Below, in pieces: positions 51,880 through 62,611 of a stretch of DNA of 64,000 nt. The notes below the pieces were generated by a model that searched no databases, was not told where the DNA came from, and saw only the letters and a list, made by a program, of their open reading frames with translations. A program made the translations under genes and the position numbers. Each line of letters starts with the position of its first letter. The first letter of the stretch is position 1. The stretch comes from Myxococcota bacterium (lineage in GTDB: Bacteria > Myxococcota_A > UBA9160 > SZUA-336), in assembly GCA_965247115.1 (NCBI GenBank), contig CBDFGR010000002.1:128001-192000 (forward strand), read 5' to 3'.

Positions 51880-52167
51880 CGGTCTCAAACGACAACCCCT
51901 CCCCTCATCCCAGCGACGCGTTCCCTGACACGCCGCCCGCAGGACACTAGCAACGGACATGCCAAGCCTGCGCCACCGCGTAATTTTTCTGCCGAAGACT
52001 GGTACAGGCCCGGATTCTATGACGATTTTGGTTCCCGATCGCCTACCTCCTGGCTCGACGCAACCATCCAGGACGGGCTGGAGGATGGCCTCCCGGTGAC
52101 GTTTCGATTACGGCGTGACGTTTTCGTCACGATCCGTCGAACGTTCCGGCGGCTGGAGGCCCGCTGT

Positions 52168-54801
52168 TCACGCGGCCGGCGGCGCGCCGCTCAGGCGCTC
52201 GACCTCCTCGATGATCTCTCGCGCGGAGGCGAAGCGCTGATCGGGATCCTTCTCGAGACAGCGCAGGATGATGGCGGCGAGCGCCGGAGGGAGATCGGCC
52301 TTGACCGTCAGCGGATCCGGTGGTGCCGTGTGTACGTGGTGGTAGGGCACGTTGCCCTTCTGGAACGGGAGCTCTCCCGTCGCCAGCTCGAACAGCGTGA
52401 CACCGAGCGAGTAGATGTCGGTGCGATGGTCGATGTTCCGCCCCAGCGTCTGCTCGGGCGACATGTAGAACGGGGTGCCAGAGACGAGCGTCGTCGCCTG
52501 GCGGACCTCTTCCATGAGCTTGGCCAGACCGAAGTCCATGATCTTCACCTGCTTCTCCGTAGTCCACATCGTGTTGGCCGTCTTCACGTCGCGGTGGACT
52601 ACGCGCCTGCTGTGCGCGTAAGAGAGAGCCTCAGCCATCTGCTTGAGGATGTAGATCACTCCGCCCGGAGCGATCGGCCCGCGTCGATGCAGGATCTCCT
52701 TGAGCGTCGTTCCGTTCACCAGCTCCATCGCCAGGTAGAAGCCGTCGTCCGACTCGCCGGCGTCGTAGACCGTGACGATATTCGGGTGGTTCAGCTGCGC
52801 CGCAGCCTTTGCCTCCCGCAGGAAATTGCGTAACGCGTTCGGGTTCTCGCGCAGCCCCTCGGGCAGCACTTTGTATGCCACCTCGCGCTCGAGCACTGAG
52901 TCCCGGGCCAGGTACACCACACCCATTCCCCCGCGTCCGAGCTCGCGCATCCTCTCGTAGCGACCTGGCTGGGCCTGCGCGTTGGGCGACGAGGTCGGGA
53001 CGGGATCCGCGTTGCGTTGCTCCTCGAGGCCTTCCCTGGCCGCAGCAAGACGGTCCGCGACGTCGCGATAGTGGTAGTCGAAGCTCATGACCTTCTCGTA
53101 GATCTCGATGCTGCGCTCGAAGTCCTTGCGCTGGTCGAGCGCCTTTCCGAGCTCGTAGTGCGCCTCGACGGTCGCCCGGCTCATACCCTCCGCACCCGCA
53201 GCCTGCTCGAACTTCGTGATCGAGAGAGCCGCCATGCCCTTGTTCGCGAAGATGCGGCCGAGCAAGGAACAGGCTTCGGTGTAGTGCGGGTTGCCGGACT
53301 CGACCTGCTGGAACAGGCGAATCGCCTCGTCGTACTGCTCGAGATCCGCGAACGCGGTGCCCGCCTCGAATACCTTTCCGGCCTTCTCCAGCATCTCTGC
53401 GCGGCGAGGCGTGTTTCCCGCCAGCGCGTAGCAGTCCGCGGCCTGCTCGAATTGGTGGTTGGACTCGAAGGCCTCGGCAGCGCGCTCGGGCTGCTCAGCG
53501 GCGCGGAACATCTCGGCCGCGGAGGCGTGGTCTCCCCCCTTCATGTAGCACTCTGCCGCCTCCCCAAAGCGCTCGAGCTTTCGGTAGAGGTCACCCGCGG
53601 CCGCGAATTCGCCGGCGTTCTCCAGGTGCGTGACGGCCTGGGCGTCATCCCCCTTGTCGCGCAGGTACTCGCCAAGCGCGCGCTCCGCGGCCTCAGTGTT
53701 TCCCCCCTTCTCGAGCGCCTTCGCGGCCAGATCGCCGCGACCGACGCGGAGGAACAGGTCGGAGGCGCGGTCGTAGGCCTCGAGCTGGTACGCCACCTTG
53801 GCCGCCCGACCGAACGCACCCGCGCGTACGAGGACCGCCTCAGCCTCCTCGTAGAGCTCGAGCTTGGTGAACAGCTCGCCGGCCTTGCGGGCGAGCCCGC
53901 GCAGCTCGCGCGCCTTCGCTTCGTTCTGCGCGGCAGCCCCCCCTCCCTCATCGTCGAACGCGGCCAAAAGGGCGCGCGCAGCCTCGAGGTCAGAGCCCGA
54001 TTTCAGGAAGGACTGGGCCGCGTGACGATGGAAGCCGACCTCCTGATAGCAGCGGCCCGCCTCCCTGAAGTTCTCCGCGCGCTCGAACATCTCGCCCGCA
54101 ACCGAGTACTTGTCCACCGATAGGTAGCATTGCGCGGCATCCTCGAAGCGCCCGATCTGCGCGTAGATCGTGCCAGCCGCCTCGGTCATGTCGCCACGAC
54201 GATAGAGCTCTGCGGCTTCCTCGAAGCGGTTCTGGTCGTGTCGGACCTCCGCTGCGCGGTCGAACAGCTCTCCCGCGATCAGGAGCTCGGCCGCCTCGTC
54301 CTTGAGCTCCTGATCGAGCAGGTAGCGCGCGGCCGCCTCGATCCCACCCGCCTCGCGGATCGACGCCGCGACCCGCGCGTGCTTCTTCCGGTCCCGGCTC
54401 GAATACGTCGGCGCGGCCTGGGTGTCGGCGGCGTACCCGGGCAGCGCCTCCGGCTGTGCGGAGGTCATCCCGTTCGCCTCAGGACCGGTGGGCCAGACCG
54501 CGAAGCCCAGCAGGCAGAGGCTCGCGGCGAGCAACGCCGCGGAAAGCGGCAGCACGGAGATCTCCTCCAGCTTGGAGAACACCGCCTCCATATTTTCCAA
54601 ATGCTCGCGAGCGCTGACCGGGTCCGGACTCTCCCTTGCCGTGCTCCTTGCTTGCTCGCGCAGCGAATCGATCAGCTCGGGACCCTTCTGGTACAGCACG
54701 ACCCCCCCGATCCCGGCCAGGAGCAGCGGGACCGCGACGCAAAACGCAAGGATCCTTAGGGCGATTCGCACCTCTGGCTCATCGTCCGGAGCACTCCCCA
54801 C
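52168..54801 (-). CDS. Membrane-anchored TPR-repeat Ser/Thr protein kinase (kinase domain C-terminal)
   Basis: Two N-terminal hydrophobic helices, helical repeats, GRGGMGVVY, VAYK, HRDVK, DFG, GTPFYMSPE. Confidence 0.92.
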   Translation of the reverse strand: MGSAPDDEPEVRIALRILAFCVAVPLLLAGIGGVVLYQKGPELIDSLREQARSTARESPDPVSAREHLENMEAVFSKLEEISVLPLSAALLAASLCLLGFAVWPTGPEANGMTSAQPEALPGYAADTQAAPTYSSRDRKKHARVAASIREAGGIEAAARYLLDQELKDEAAELLIAGELFDRAAEVRHDQNRFEEAAELYRRGDMTEAAGTIYAQIGRFEDAAQCYLSVDKYSVAGEMFERAENFREAGRCYQEVGFHRHAAQSFLKSGSDLEAARALLAAFDDEGGGAAAQNEAKARELRGLARKAGELFTKLELYEEAEAVLVRAGAFGRAAKVAYQLEAYDRASDLFLRVGRGDLAAKALEKGGNTEAAERALGEYLRDKGDDAQAVTHLENAGEFAAAGDLYRKLERFGEAAECYMKGGDHASAAEMFRAAEQPERAAEAFESNHQFEQAADCYALAGNTPRRAEMLEKAGKVFEAGTAFADLEQYDEAIRLFQQVESGNPHYTEACSLLGRIFANKGMAALSITKFEQAAGAEGMSRATVEAHYELGKALDQRKDFERSIEIYEKVMSFDYHYRDVADRLAAAREGLEEQRNADPVPTSSPNAQAQPGRYERMRELGRGGMGVVYLARDSVLEREVAYKVLPEGLRENPNALRNFLREAKAAAQLNHPNIVTVYDAGESDDGFYLAMELVNGTTLKEILHRRGPIAPGGVIYILKQMAEALSYAHSRRVVHRDVKTANTMWTTEKQVKIMDFGLAKLMEEVRQATTLVSGTPFYMSPEQTLGRNIDHRTDIYSLGVTLFELATGELPFQKGNVPYHHVHTAPPDPLTVKADLPPALAAIILRCLEKDPDQRFASAREIIEEVERLSGAPPAA

Positions 54802-54920
54802 GTTGAGAACGCAGCGCGCTCGGGGAAGCGCCAGCGGGCGACAGCAACGAACAACTTCGCGGTCGGAGCGGAGCCGCGAGGCGCTCTACTCAAGCTGGCT
54901 ACACGCTCGTGAGAGAGCTC

Positions 54921-55955
54921 CTAGAACAGCTTCTCCTGGGCGACTCGGTCGGGCTGCAGGGGATCGATCCCGAAGTGCTCATACGCGCGCTTCGTGGCGA
55001 CGCGTCCGCGCGAGGTGCGATCGAGATAGCCCTCCTGGATCAAGAAAGGCTCGTAGATATCCTCGATGGTGCCCTTATCTTCTGCCGTCGTCGCCGCAAG
55101 CGTCTCGAGACCGATCGGTCCGCCGTCGTACTTCTCGATCAGCGTGAGAAGGATCTGTCTATCCATCCGGTCGAAGCCGGCCTCATCCACCTCCAGGCGA
55201 GCCAGAGCGTGGCGGGCCTGGGCAAGCGTGATCCTGCCGTCTCCCTTGACCTCGGCGTAGTCGCGCACGCGACGCAGAAGTCGGTTCGCGAGGCGCGGCG
55301 TACCCCGCGAGCGCCGGGCCAGCTCGAGCGCGCCCTCGGAATCCATCGGGATGTCGAGGATGCGGGCGCTGCGCCGCAGAATCTTCACGAGCTCGGCCGG
55401 CGCGTAGTACGAAAGCCGCGCGATGATGCCGAAGCGGTCGCGGAGCGGAGATGTCAGCAGACCGGCGCGCGTGGTGGCGCCGACGAGAGTGAAGCGGGGG
55501 ATGTCGATCTTGACGCTCTGCGCGGAGGGCCCGTGACCGATGATCAGGTCCAGCTTGAAGTCCTCCATGGCCGGGTAGAGGATTTCCTCGACCGTGGGGT
55601 TCAACCGGTGGATCTCGTCGATGAAGAGCACCGAGTCCGGCTCCAGGTTCGTCACCACCGCGGCCAGGTCGCCGGCACGCTCGATCACCGGACCTGACGT
55701 CACGCGCAGGGGCGCACCCATCTCGCGTGCGATCACGTGAGCGAGCGCCGTCTTGCCCAGCCCGGGAGGGCCGTGGAAGAGCGTGTGATCGAGAGGTTCC
55801 CGTCGCTCCCGTGCGGCCTCGATGAACACGGAGAGGTTCTCGCGGAGGCTATCCTGACCGACGAACTCTTCCAGCGTGAGCGGTCTCAGCCGCGCCTCGA
55901 GCGCGCGCTCGGATTCGAGCGCTGTCGGGATCAAGGTGTCATCCGGCCGCGACAC
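54921..55955 (-). CDS. ruvB: Holliday junction helicase RuvB
   Basis: [28 protein letters not shown]. Confidence 0.97.
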   Translation of the reverse strand: MSRPDDTLIPTALESERALEARLRPLTLEEFVGQDSLRENLSVFIEAARERREPLDHTLFHGPPGLGKTALAHVIAREMGAPLRVTSGPVIERAGDLAAVVTNLEPDSVLFIDEIHRLNPTVEEILYPAMEDFKLDLIIGHGPSAQSVKIDIPRFTLVGATTRAGLLTSPLRDRFGIIARLSYYAPAELVKILRRSARILDIPMDSEGALELARRSRGTPRLANRLLRRVRDYAEVKGDGRITLAQARHALARLEVDEAGFDRMDRQILLTLIEKYDGGPIGLETLAATTAEDKGTIEDIYEPFLIQEGYLDRTSRGRVATKRAYEHFGIDPLQPDRVAQEKLF

Positions 55956-56532
55956 GCAAGGCCTCTCGTATCAGCTCTTCGAGTTGCAGCTCGCCCTCCG
56001 GGACCTGTTCGAGCGCCCGGCGGACAGCCTTGTCGGCGTGGCTGCGAGGGTAGCCCAGGTTGACGAGCGCGGAGACGGTCGCCTCCTGTGCATCCGTGGC
56101 ACCCTCGCTCTGCTCCTCGATCAGCTCGAACAGGGCGACCTTGTCGCGCAGCTCGATCAAGATCCGCTCGGCCGTCTTTGGGCCGACTCCGGGGACACCC
56201 GTCAGCGAGGCGACGTCCTTGCGGCGGACGGCCAGGAGCAGGCGTTCCACCGGCAGGCCGGACAGGATCGCCAGCGCCACCCTCGGCCCGACACCGGCGA
56301 TCCCGATCAGGAGCCGGAAGCCGAGGCGCTCCTCCGGGCTGAGAAAGCCGTACAGCTGGAGCGTGTCCTCTCGAACGTGCGTGTGTACCTCGAGACGTAC
56401 GGTCTTCCCTGGATCCGGGAGCTCCACGAAGGTCGAGAGCGGCACGCGCAACTCGTAGCCGACCCCACCGACGTCGAGCACGAGCGCGTCGGGCGCCTTC
56501 TCTGCCAGCACCCCCTCGAGTCGGCCGATCAC
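55939..56532 (-). CDS. ruvA: Holliday junction protein RuvA
   Basis: [27 protein letters not shown]. Confidence 0.96.
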   Translation of the reverse strand: MIGRLEGVLAEKAPDALVLDVGGVGYELRVPLSTFVELPDPGKTVRLEVHTHVREDTLQLYGFLSPEERLGFRLLIGIAGVGPRVALAILSGLPVERLLLAVRRKDVASLTGVPGVGPKTAERILIELRDKVALFELIEEQSEGATDAQEATVSALVNLGYPRSHADKAVRRALEQVPEGELQLEELIREALRVAAG

Positions 56533-57047
56533 GGGCGGGGCTCCCGCTGCTCGCGAGCATTCGCGCCCGCCAGCCTCGAGTCGAGCCGCTCGGAGAGCGC
56601 GTGGCAGATCGACACGGCGAGCGCATCCGCCTCATCGGGGCCAGGGAGAGCGTCGAGCTGCAGCAGATGCTGGACCATGTGCTGGACCTGTGCTTTGTCC
56701 GCGCGCCCGTAGCCGCTGACGGCGAGCTTGACCCGGGTCGGGGCGTACTCGGCAGCTCGCAGACCGGCGCCACCGCAGGCGGCCAGGGCTGCACCCCGCG
56801 CATGACCAAGTAGGATGGCCGAGCGCGGATTGCGATGACTGAACACCGCCTCCAGGGCGACCGTATCTGGCGCGCACTCGACGATGATCTGGGAGATCGC
56901 CCCGTGGATGTGGCCGAGCTTCGCGACCAGGCTCGGCTCGCTGGCTCGGATCACCCCGCTCCGCACCCAGCGGAGCCGGGAGCGCTGCAGGTCGACGATG
57001 CCCCAGCCCGTCCTCCGAGAACCCGGATCGATGCCGAGTACACGCAT
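56529..57047 (-). CDS. ruvC: Crossover junction endodeoxyribonuclease RuvC
   Basis: MRVLGIDPG, LGHARG, GYGRADKAQV, DEADALAV. Confidence 0.96.
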   Translation of the reverse strand: MRVLGIDPGSRRTGWGIVDLQRSRLRWVRSGVIRASEPSLVAKLGHIHGAISQIIVECAPDTVALEAVFSHRNPRSAILLGHARGAALAACGGAGLRAAEYAPTRVKLAVSGYGRADKAQVQHMVQHLLQLDALPGPDEADALAVSICHALSERLDSRLAGANAREQREPRP

Positions 57048-57081
57048 GCTCACCCCCGCCTGACAGGGGGAGTCTAGCGCG

Positions 57082-57837
57082 TCAGCTGGTCTCGGCCGCC
57101 TCTCGCAGCTCTTCCTCGGAAATATCGAAGTTGCCGTAGACGCCGCGCACGTCCTCGTGGTCGTCGAGCGCCTCGAAGAGCCCCAGGACGACCTGCACGT
57201 CCTTACCCGTGACCGTGACCGTGGTCTGAGGCAGCATCTGGATCTCCGCGCCCGCGGGCCGGAAGCCTGCGCTCTCCAGCGCCTCCTTGACGGTTGCGAA
57301 GTCCTCCGGGGAGGTCTGCACCCTGACAGCGTCCTCATCCTCGACCACATCCTCCGCGTTGGCGTCGATGGCGGCCTCCATCAGCGTCTCGACGACGAGC
57401 CCCTCAGTATCGAACTCCAGCACCCCTGCGCGGTCGAACAGGTACGCCACGCAGCCCGACGAGCCAAGGTTTCCAGCGTGCTTGCTGAAGATGCGTCGCA
57501 CCTCGCCGACCGTGCGGTTCCGGTTGTCCGTCAAGGCATCGACGATCACCGCGACGCCGCCGGGGCCGTAGCCCTCGTAGCGGATCTCCTCGAAGGACTC
57601 GCCTTCCAGCTCGCCGGTCCCCTTCTTGATCGCGCGCTCGACGTTGTCCTTTGGCATGTTCGTCGCCCTGGCCTTCGCCATGGCCAGGCGCAGGCGTGGG
57701 TTCGCGTGGGGATCCCCGCCGCCGAGGCGCGCCGCAATGCTGATCTCCCGGATCAGCTGCGTGAACACCTTGCCCCGCTTGGTGTCCTTCGCGCCTTTCT
57801 TGCGCTTGATCGTCGACCACTTGGAGTGCCCGGACAT
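57082..57837 (-). CDS. yebC: YebC/PmpR family protein
   Basis: [29 protein letters not shown]; upstream of ruvC. Confidence 0.95.
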   Translation of the reverse strand: MSGHSKWSTIKRKKGAKDTKRGKVFTQLIREISIAARLGGGDPHANPRLRLAMAKARATNMPKDNVERAIKKGTGELEGESFEEIRYEGYGPGGVAVIVDALTDNRNRTVGEVRRIFSKHAGNLGSSGCVAYLFDRAGVLEFDTEGLVVETLMEAAIDANAEDVVEDEDAVRVQTSPEDFATVKEALESAGFRPAGAEIQMLPQTTVTVTGKDVQVVLGLFEALDDHEDVRGVYGNFDISEEELREAAETS

Positions 57838-57976
57838 GAGGTTTCGGGGATACCACCAGAGCCGCGAGCGGTCAATCCAGAATTGGCAACTTCCTTTGGC
57901 CTTCGCGTAAACCCGCCATCGCTGCGTGCCGATGGGAGGGGCACGAGCCGGAGGCGCCTCGGCTTCGGAGGCGGGA

Positions 57977-59854
57977 ATGAGCGACGCGATCACGATCGGA
58001 ATCGATCTGGGCACGAGCAACTCGTGCGTCGCGACGGTTGAAGACGGAACCCCGCGTGTCCTCCCGAACCGTAGCGCCGAGCGAACCACGGCCTCGGTCG
58101 TGGCGTTCCGCGAAGACGGCAGCATCGCGGTCGGGAACCAGGCCAAGGCCCAGATCATCCTCGATCCAAAGCACACTGTCAGCTCCGCCAAGCGCCTGAT
58201 CGGGCGCTTCTACTTCAGCGAGGAGCTGCGCAAGGCCCGCGCCATCTGCAACTACGAGATCGTCCCCGGCGAGAATCACAGCGTCCGCATTCAGATCCGT
58301 CAGGAGCAGTTCAGCCTGCCCGAGATCTCGGCCTTCGTTCTCAAGGAGATGAAAGAGATCGCGGAGAACGACCTCGGCCGCGAGGTCACGCAGGCCGTGA
58401 TCACCGTACCCGCGTACTTCAATGACAACCAGCGCCAGGCGACCAAGGACGCGGGGCGCATCGCTGGTCTGGACGTGCTGCGAATCCTGAACGAGCCAAC
58501 GGCCGCGGCCCTCGCCTACGGCTACGGACGCGATCTCGCCCAGAAGGTCGTTGTCTACGACTTCGGTGGCGGAACCTTCGACGTTTCCGTCCTGGAGATC
58601 GGTCGTGATGTCTACGAAGTGCTGTCGACCTGCGGCGACACTTTCCTCGGCGGCGACGACATCGACGACCGTCTGATCGACCTGCTGGCGGACAAGGTGC
58701 AGGCCGCCGAGGACATCAACCTGCGCAGTGATCCGGTAGCGTTCGAGAGGCTCAAGCAGGCTGCCGAGCGCGCGAAGATCGAGCTCTCCACGAACGACTC
58801 CGCGCACGTGTCCATCACGGATCTCGCCGAGGTCGACGGGCGCCAGGTCGGGGTGGAGTACACGATCACGCTTGATGAGTTCAACGCGCTGATCAGCGAC
58901 CTGATCCAGCGCACCTTCAAGGTGTGCGACGAGGCGATGCAGGACGCGGGCCTCACCAACAGGGACATCGAGGCGGTGGTGCTGGTCGGAGGACCGACAC
59001 GACTGCCGACGATCCGCGAGGCCGTCGAAGCGTACTTCCAGAAGGCCCCCGAGACCGAGATCAATCCCGACGAGGTCGTCGCGCTCGGGGCCGCGATCCA
59101 CGCCGACTCACTGGCCTCGACGCAGTCGAGCACGTACCTGCTCGACGTCACGCCGCTCACGCTGCGCCTCGGAATCGCGGGTGACATGACCGAGCCGATC
59201 ATCGAGCGCAACAGCCCCGTGCCGATCGACCACACGCGCACCTTCACCACCGCCCGCGACTACCAGGAGGCGATCGCGGTGAAGATCTACCAGGGGGAGT
59301 CGCGCGCGATCGACGCCAACGAGCTCCTAGGCGAATTCGAGTTCAAGGGCTTCGAGCCCGGACAGAGGGGCGTCGTCCAGATCGAGGTGACCTTCGAGAT
59401 CAACACGGAAGGGATCGTGAACGTGCGCGCACTCGATCCTGCCACGGGCACGGCACAGTCGACCACAGTCCGACTGTCGAGCGGGCTCTCCGACGAAGAG
59501 ATCGATCGCATCGTGACGCGGGGCCGCGCGGCGGATGTCGCGAAAGGCCACAAGCCCGATGCGACGGGATCCAAGGCCCCCAAGCCCGCTCCGACCGCCG
59601 CCGCTCCCGACCGCGAAGAGCTGATCCTGGACCTGGACGACGACGAAGTGGATGGTGAGATCGTCTCCATGAGCTCCTCTGGCACGTTCGCAGAGGGTGT
59701 GCAGGAGGAGGAGCTATTCGGCGCGATCGACAGCGACCTGGCGGAAGAGGACTTCGGCGCCGACGGAACACAGGGCGGACGGCTCATGGACCTGGAGGAG
59801 CCGGAAGCAAAGCCTGACACCTCCAAGTCTGGTGACAGCGACAAAGGCGGCTGA
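57977..59854 (+). CDS. Hsp70 (DnaK paralogue) with acidic C-terminal tail
   Basis: [37 protein letters not shown]; after the beta substrate-binding domain, a D/E-rich tail replaces the lid. Confidence 0.9.
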   Translation: MSDAITIGIDLGTSNSCVATVEDGTPRVLPNRSAERTTASVVAFREDGSIAVGNQAKAQIILDPKHTVSSAKRLIGRFYFSEELRKARAICNYEIVPGENHSVRIQIRQEQFSLPEISAFVLKEMKEIAENDLGREVTQAVITVPAYFNDNQRQATKDAGRIAGLDVLRILNEPTAAALAYGYGRDLAQKVVVYDFGGGTFDVSVLEIGRDVYEVLSTCGDTFLGGDDIDDRLIDLLADKVQAAEDINLRSDPVAFERLKQAAERAKIELSTNDSAHVSITDLAEVDGRQVGVEYTITLDEFNALISDLIQRTFKVCDEAMQDAGLTNRDIEAVVLVGGPTRLPTIREAVEAYFQKAPETEINPDEVVALGAAIHADSLASTQSSTYLLDVTPLTLRLGIAGDMTEPIIERNSPVPIDHTRTFTTARDYQEAIAVKIYQGESRAIDANELLGEFEFKGFEPGQRGVVQIEVTFEINTEGIVNVRALDPATGTAQSTTVRLSSGLSDEEIDRIVTRGRAADVAKGHKPDATGSKAPKPAPTAAAPDREELILDLDDDEVDGEIVSMSSSGTFAEGVQEEELFGAIDSDLAEEDFGADGTQGGRLMDLEEPEAKPDTSKSGDSDKGG

Positions 59855-59868
59855 GGCACACCCCCCCG

Positions 59869-60384
59869 ATGACCGAGGAAGAGATCAAGGCACTCACCCG
59901 GATCCTGGACCGGGTGGACTACTACCGCCTGCTCAAGACCGAACGCGGCGCCTCGAGCGCCGAGATCCGCTCCGCCTATCACGAGGCTCGGCGCCGGTTT
60001 CATCCGGATAGCTTTCTCCGCCACGACGACGAGATACGCTCGGCGGTCGACCGGATCGCCCGACGCATCACCGAGGGCTACGTGGTGCTGCGCGACAGCC
60101 GAAAACGCTCGGCCTACACGGCTGGGCTCGAGTCCGGCGCGCTGCGATACACCAGCGAGATGGACGAGCAGGCCAAGGCCAAGGCCAGCAACAAGCGCGG
60201 CGAGACTGCCAACGGCCAGAAGTTCTACACGATGGCCCAGGAGGAGGAGCGCGGCGGCGACACGGCGAAAGCCGTCGGGCACCTGCGTATGGCCCTCACC
60301 TTCGAGCCGGCGAACGATTTCTTCAAGCAAGAGCTCGAACGTCTCCAGCCACCCAGGAAAAAGAAGAAGAAAAAGCAGGCCTGA
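59869..60384 (+). CDS. J-domain protein with TPR-like C-terminus
   Basis: DYYRLL...EIRSAY....RRFHPD. Confidence 0.85.
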   Translation: MTEEEIKALTRILDRVDYYRLLKTERGASSAEIRSAYHEARRRFHPDSFLRHDDEIRSAVDRIARRITEGYVVLRDSRKRSAYTAGLESGALRYTSEMDEQAKAKASNKRGETANGQKFYTMAQEEERGGDTAKAVGHLRMALTFEPANDFFKQELERLQPPRKKKKKKQA

Positions 60385-60507
60385 GCCTCGTTTGACCTCG
60401 GCCTCCCCCGCGTGCAGAATCGCCGCTGGACGCGGCCGTCACGAGCAGACTCGTGCGCCTGCCGTGCGCCGACCCGGCGCGATCCTGGACGAAAAGGGGA
60501 CTCGACA

Positions 60508-60939
60508 ATGGCGGAGGAAGCAGCGGCCTCGAAGCCGCTCCCAGTGGTTCCATTTCTGAAGCTCCCCGACGACGGGGACCCCTACCTCGAGGGGCAAAAG
60601 TGCAAGAGCTGCGGATCGGTGTTCCTCGGCGAACGCTCCGTCTGCTCGAACTGCGCCGCCAGAGATCAGATCGAGGCGATCAAGCTCTCGAATCAGGGCG
60701 AGCTCTACGTGTATTCGATCACGCACCGCTCGTTCCCCGGCATCGAGACGCCCTACATCTCGGCGGTCGTCGACCTCGACGGTGGGGGGAGCGTCAAGGG
60801 AAACCTGATCAACATCGACCCGGACCCCGAGAAGATCAAGATGGGTATGCGCGTCGAGGTGGTCTACGGGATCGCTCCGCGCAAGGATCGCGATGGCAAC
60901 GAGTACATGGCCTACTACTTCCAGCCGGCAGCGGCGTAA
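60508..60939 (+). CDS. Zn-ribbon/OB-fold (DUF35) protein
   Basis: CKSCG...CSNC, PYISAVVDL, GMRVEV; next to a thiolase. Confidence 0.9.
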   Translation: MAEEAAASKPLPVVPFLKLPDDGDPYLEGQKCKSCGSVFLGERSVCSNCAARDQIEAIKLSNQGELYVYSITHRSFPGIETPYISAVVDLDGGGSVKGNLINIDPDPEKIKMGMRVEVVYGIAPRKDRDGNEYMAYYFQPAAA

Positions 60940-60952
60940 GGGGGGAATTCAG

Positions 60953-62098
60953 ATGAGCAACGACGTCTACATCATCGGAACCGACATGATCAAGTTCGGG
61001 AAGTTCCCGGACGTCAGCATTCAGCGCCTGGCCGCCCAGTCGTCACTCGGCGCTCTGGACGACGCGGGAGTGACCATCAAGGACTGCGAGGCGCTCTACT
61101 GCGGAAACCTGATGCAGGCGAGCGGAATGGTTGGCCAGCGCCTGTTGCAGGAGATCGGCCAGACCGGCATCCCCGTGATCAACGTGGCGAACGCCTGCGC
61201 AACGGGAGCCACCGCGTTCCGCGAGGGCTGGACCGCCATCAAGGCAGGCCTCTACGACGTGGTGCTCTGTGTCGGCGTCGAGAAGATGGCCGGAGCCGGC
61301 CTGCTCGGTGGTGGCGGTGGTGGCAAGGGCATCCCGACCGAGGGCCTGCTGGGCTCCGGCACGATGCCTGCGGTGTTCGCGGAAGCCGGGATGGAGCACG
61401 CCCGCAAGTACGGGACAACCTTCGAGCAGTTCGCGAAGATTTCCGTCAAGAACCATCACCACTCCACGAAAAATCCCAAGGCGCGCTACCAGATCGAGAC
61501 GCCGCTTCCGGAGGTGATGAACTCCGAGATGATCGCCTACCCGAACACGAAGCTCATGTGCTCCGTGAACGTGGACGGCTCCGCCGCGGCAGTCATCTGC
61601 TCGGAGAAGAAGGCCCGCGAGCTCGGCATGCAGCGCGCGGTCAAGGTCTCGGCTTCCGTGCTGACGAGTGACCGCTATACCGAGCGTGATCTCACCATGC
61701 CGGACGTGAACACCTGCACGCGCGAGGCGGCGGCCAAGGCCTTCGAGATGTCCGGGCTCGGGCCGGATGATCTCGACCTGGTCGAGCTCCACGACTGCTT
61801 CGCAACCGCAGAGATGCTCCACTATGAGAACCTCGGCCTCTGCAAGGACGGAGAGGCGGGGCGCATGATCGACGAGAAGGAGGTCTACAACGGGGGCCGT
61901 ATTCCGGTGAACGTCTCCGGTGGCCTGCTGTCGAAGGGGCACCCGCTCGGCGCGACGGGCATCGCGAACATCTACGAGGTAGCCACGCACCTGCGCGGCG
62001 AGGCCGGCGAGCGCCAGGTCACCGACGCCAAGGTGGGTCTGACCCACGTGATCGGCCTCGGCTCCGCCTGCGGCATCCACATTCTCGAAAAGGTCTGA
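60953..62098 (+). CDS. SCP2-type thiolase family protein
   Basis: NACATG, ELHDCFA, NVSGGLLSKGHPLGATG. Confidence 0.92.
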   Translation: MSNDVYIIGTDMIKFGKFPDVSIQRLAAQSSLGALDDAGVTIKDCEALYCGNLMQASGMVGQRLLQEIGQTGIPVINVANACATGATAFREGWTAIKAGLYDVVLCVGVEKMAGAGLLGGGGGGKGIPTEGLLGSGTMPAVFAEAGMEHARKYGTTFEQFAKISVKNHHHSTKNPKARYQIETPLPEVMNSEMIAYPNTKLMCSVNVDGSAAAVICSEKKARELGMQRAVKVSASVLTSDRYTERDLTMPDVNTCTREAAAKAFEMSGLGPDDLDLVELHDCFATAEMLHYENLGLCKDGEAGRMIDEKEVYNGGRIPVNVSGGLLSKGHPLGATGIANIYEVATHLRGEAGERQVTDAKVGLTHVIGLGSACGIHILEKV

Positions 62099-62147
62099 GC
62101 TCAAGCCCAAGGCCTTCGCTGCGCGCGCCGCTTTCGCGGCGCTTGCA
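62099..62147. repeat. REP-like intergenic repeat, copy 2
   Basis: 47/49 identical to 23811-23859. Confidence 0.85.
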
Positions 62148-62179
62148 GGGGAGTCGTGTCGGTCCCGCTCGAATTGGGG

Positions 62180-62611
62180 CTAGCCCCCTGCTTCTTTGAG
62201 GGCGTCTTCCAGCGCCTCCCAGGGGAGGAGGGCGCAGCGTTGGCGGGAGGGGAGCTGGGCAACTCGATGGAAGGCGCGGAGGCGTTCGTCTAGTTGCTCG
62301 CCGGCGTCGTCGCCGCGGACGACCAGTTCCACATCTCTAGCCAGAGCGGCGATGGCGGCGCGGTCCATGCCCGCCACGATCTCGGTCATGACGCTGCCGG
62401 AGGCCACCGCGATGCTACAGCCCCGGGTACGCGACGAGGTGCTCGAGACACGGCCGTCTCTCAGCTTGACCTCGACCCGCACCTGATCGCCGCAGACCGG
62501 GTTCACGACGAGCGAGCTCCCGTCCGGGGCGTCGAGTGGGCTGCGGTTTCGGGGGTGCCGGAAGTGCTCGAGGACGACCTCTTTGTAGAGGGCCTCGATC
62601 GTGTCCTTCAC
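62180..62611 (-). CDS. SufU/IscU-like Fe-S assembly sulfur-transfer protein
   Basis: LYKEVVLEHFRHPRN, NPVCGD, GCSIAVAS, R.RCALLPW. Confidence 0.88.
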   Translation of the reverse strand: MKDTIEALYKEVVLEHFRHPRNRSPLDAPDGSSLVVNPVCGDQVRVEVKLRDGRVSSTSSRTRGCSIAVASGSVMTEIVAGMDRAAIAALARDVELVVRGDDAGEQLDERLRAFHRVAQLPSRQRCALLPWEALEDALKEAGG

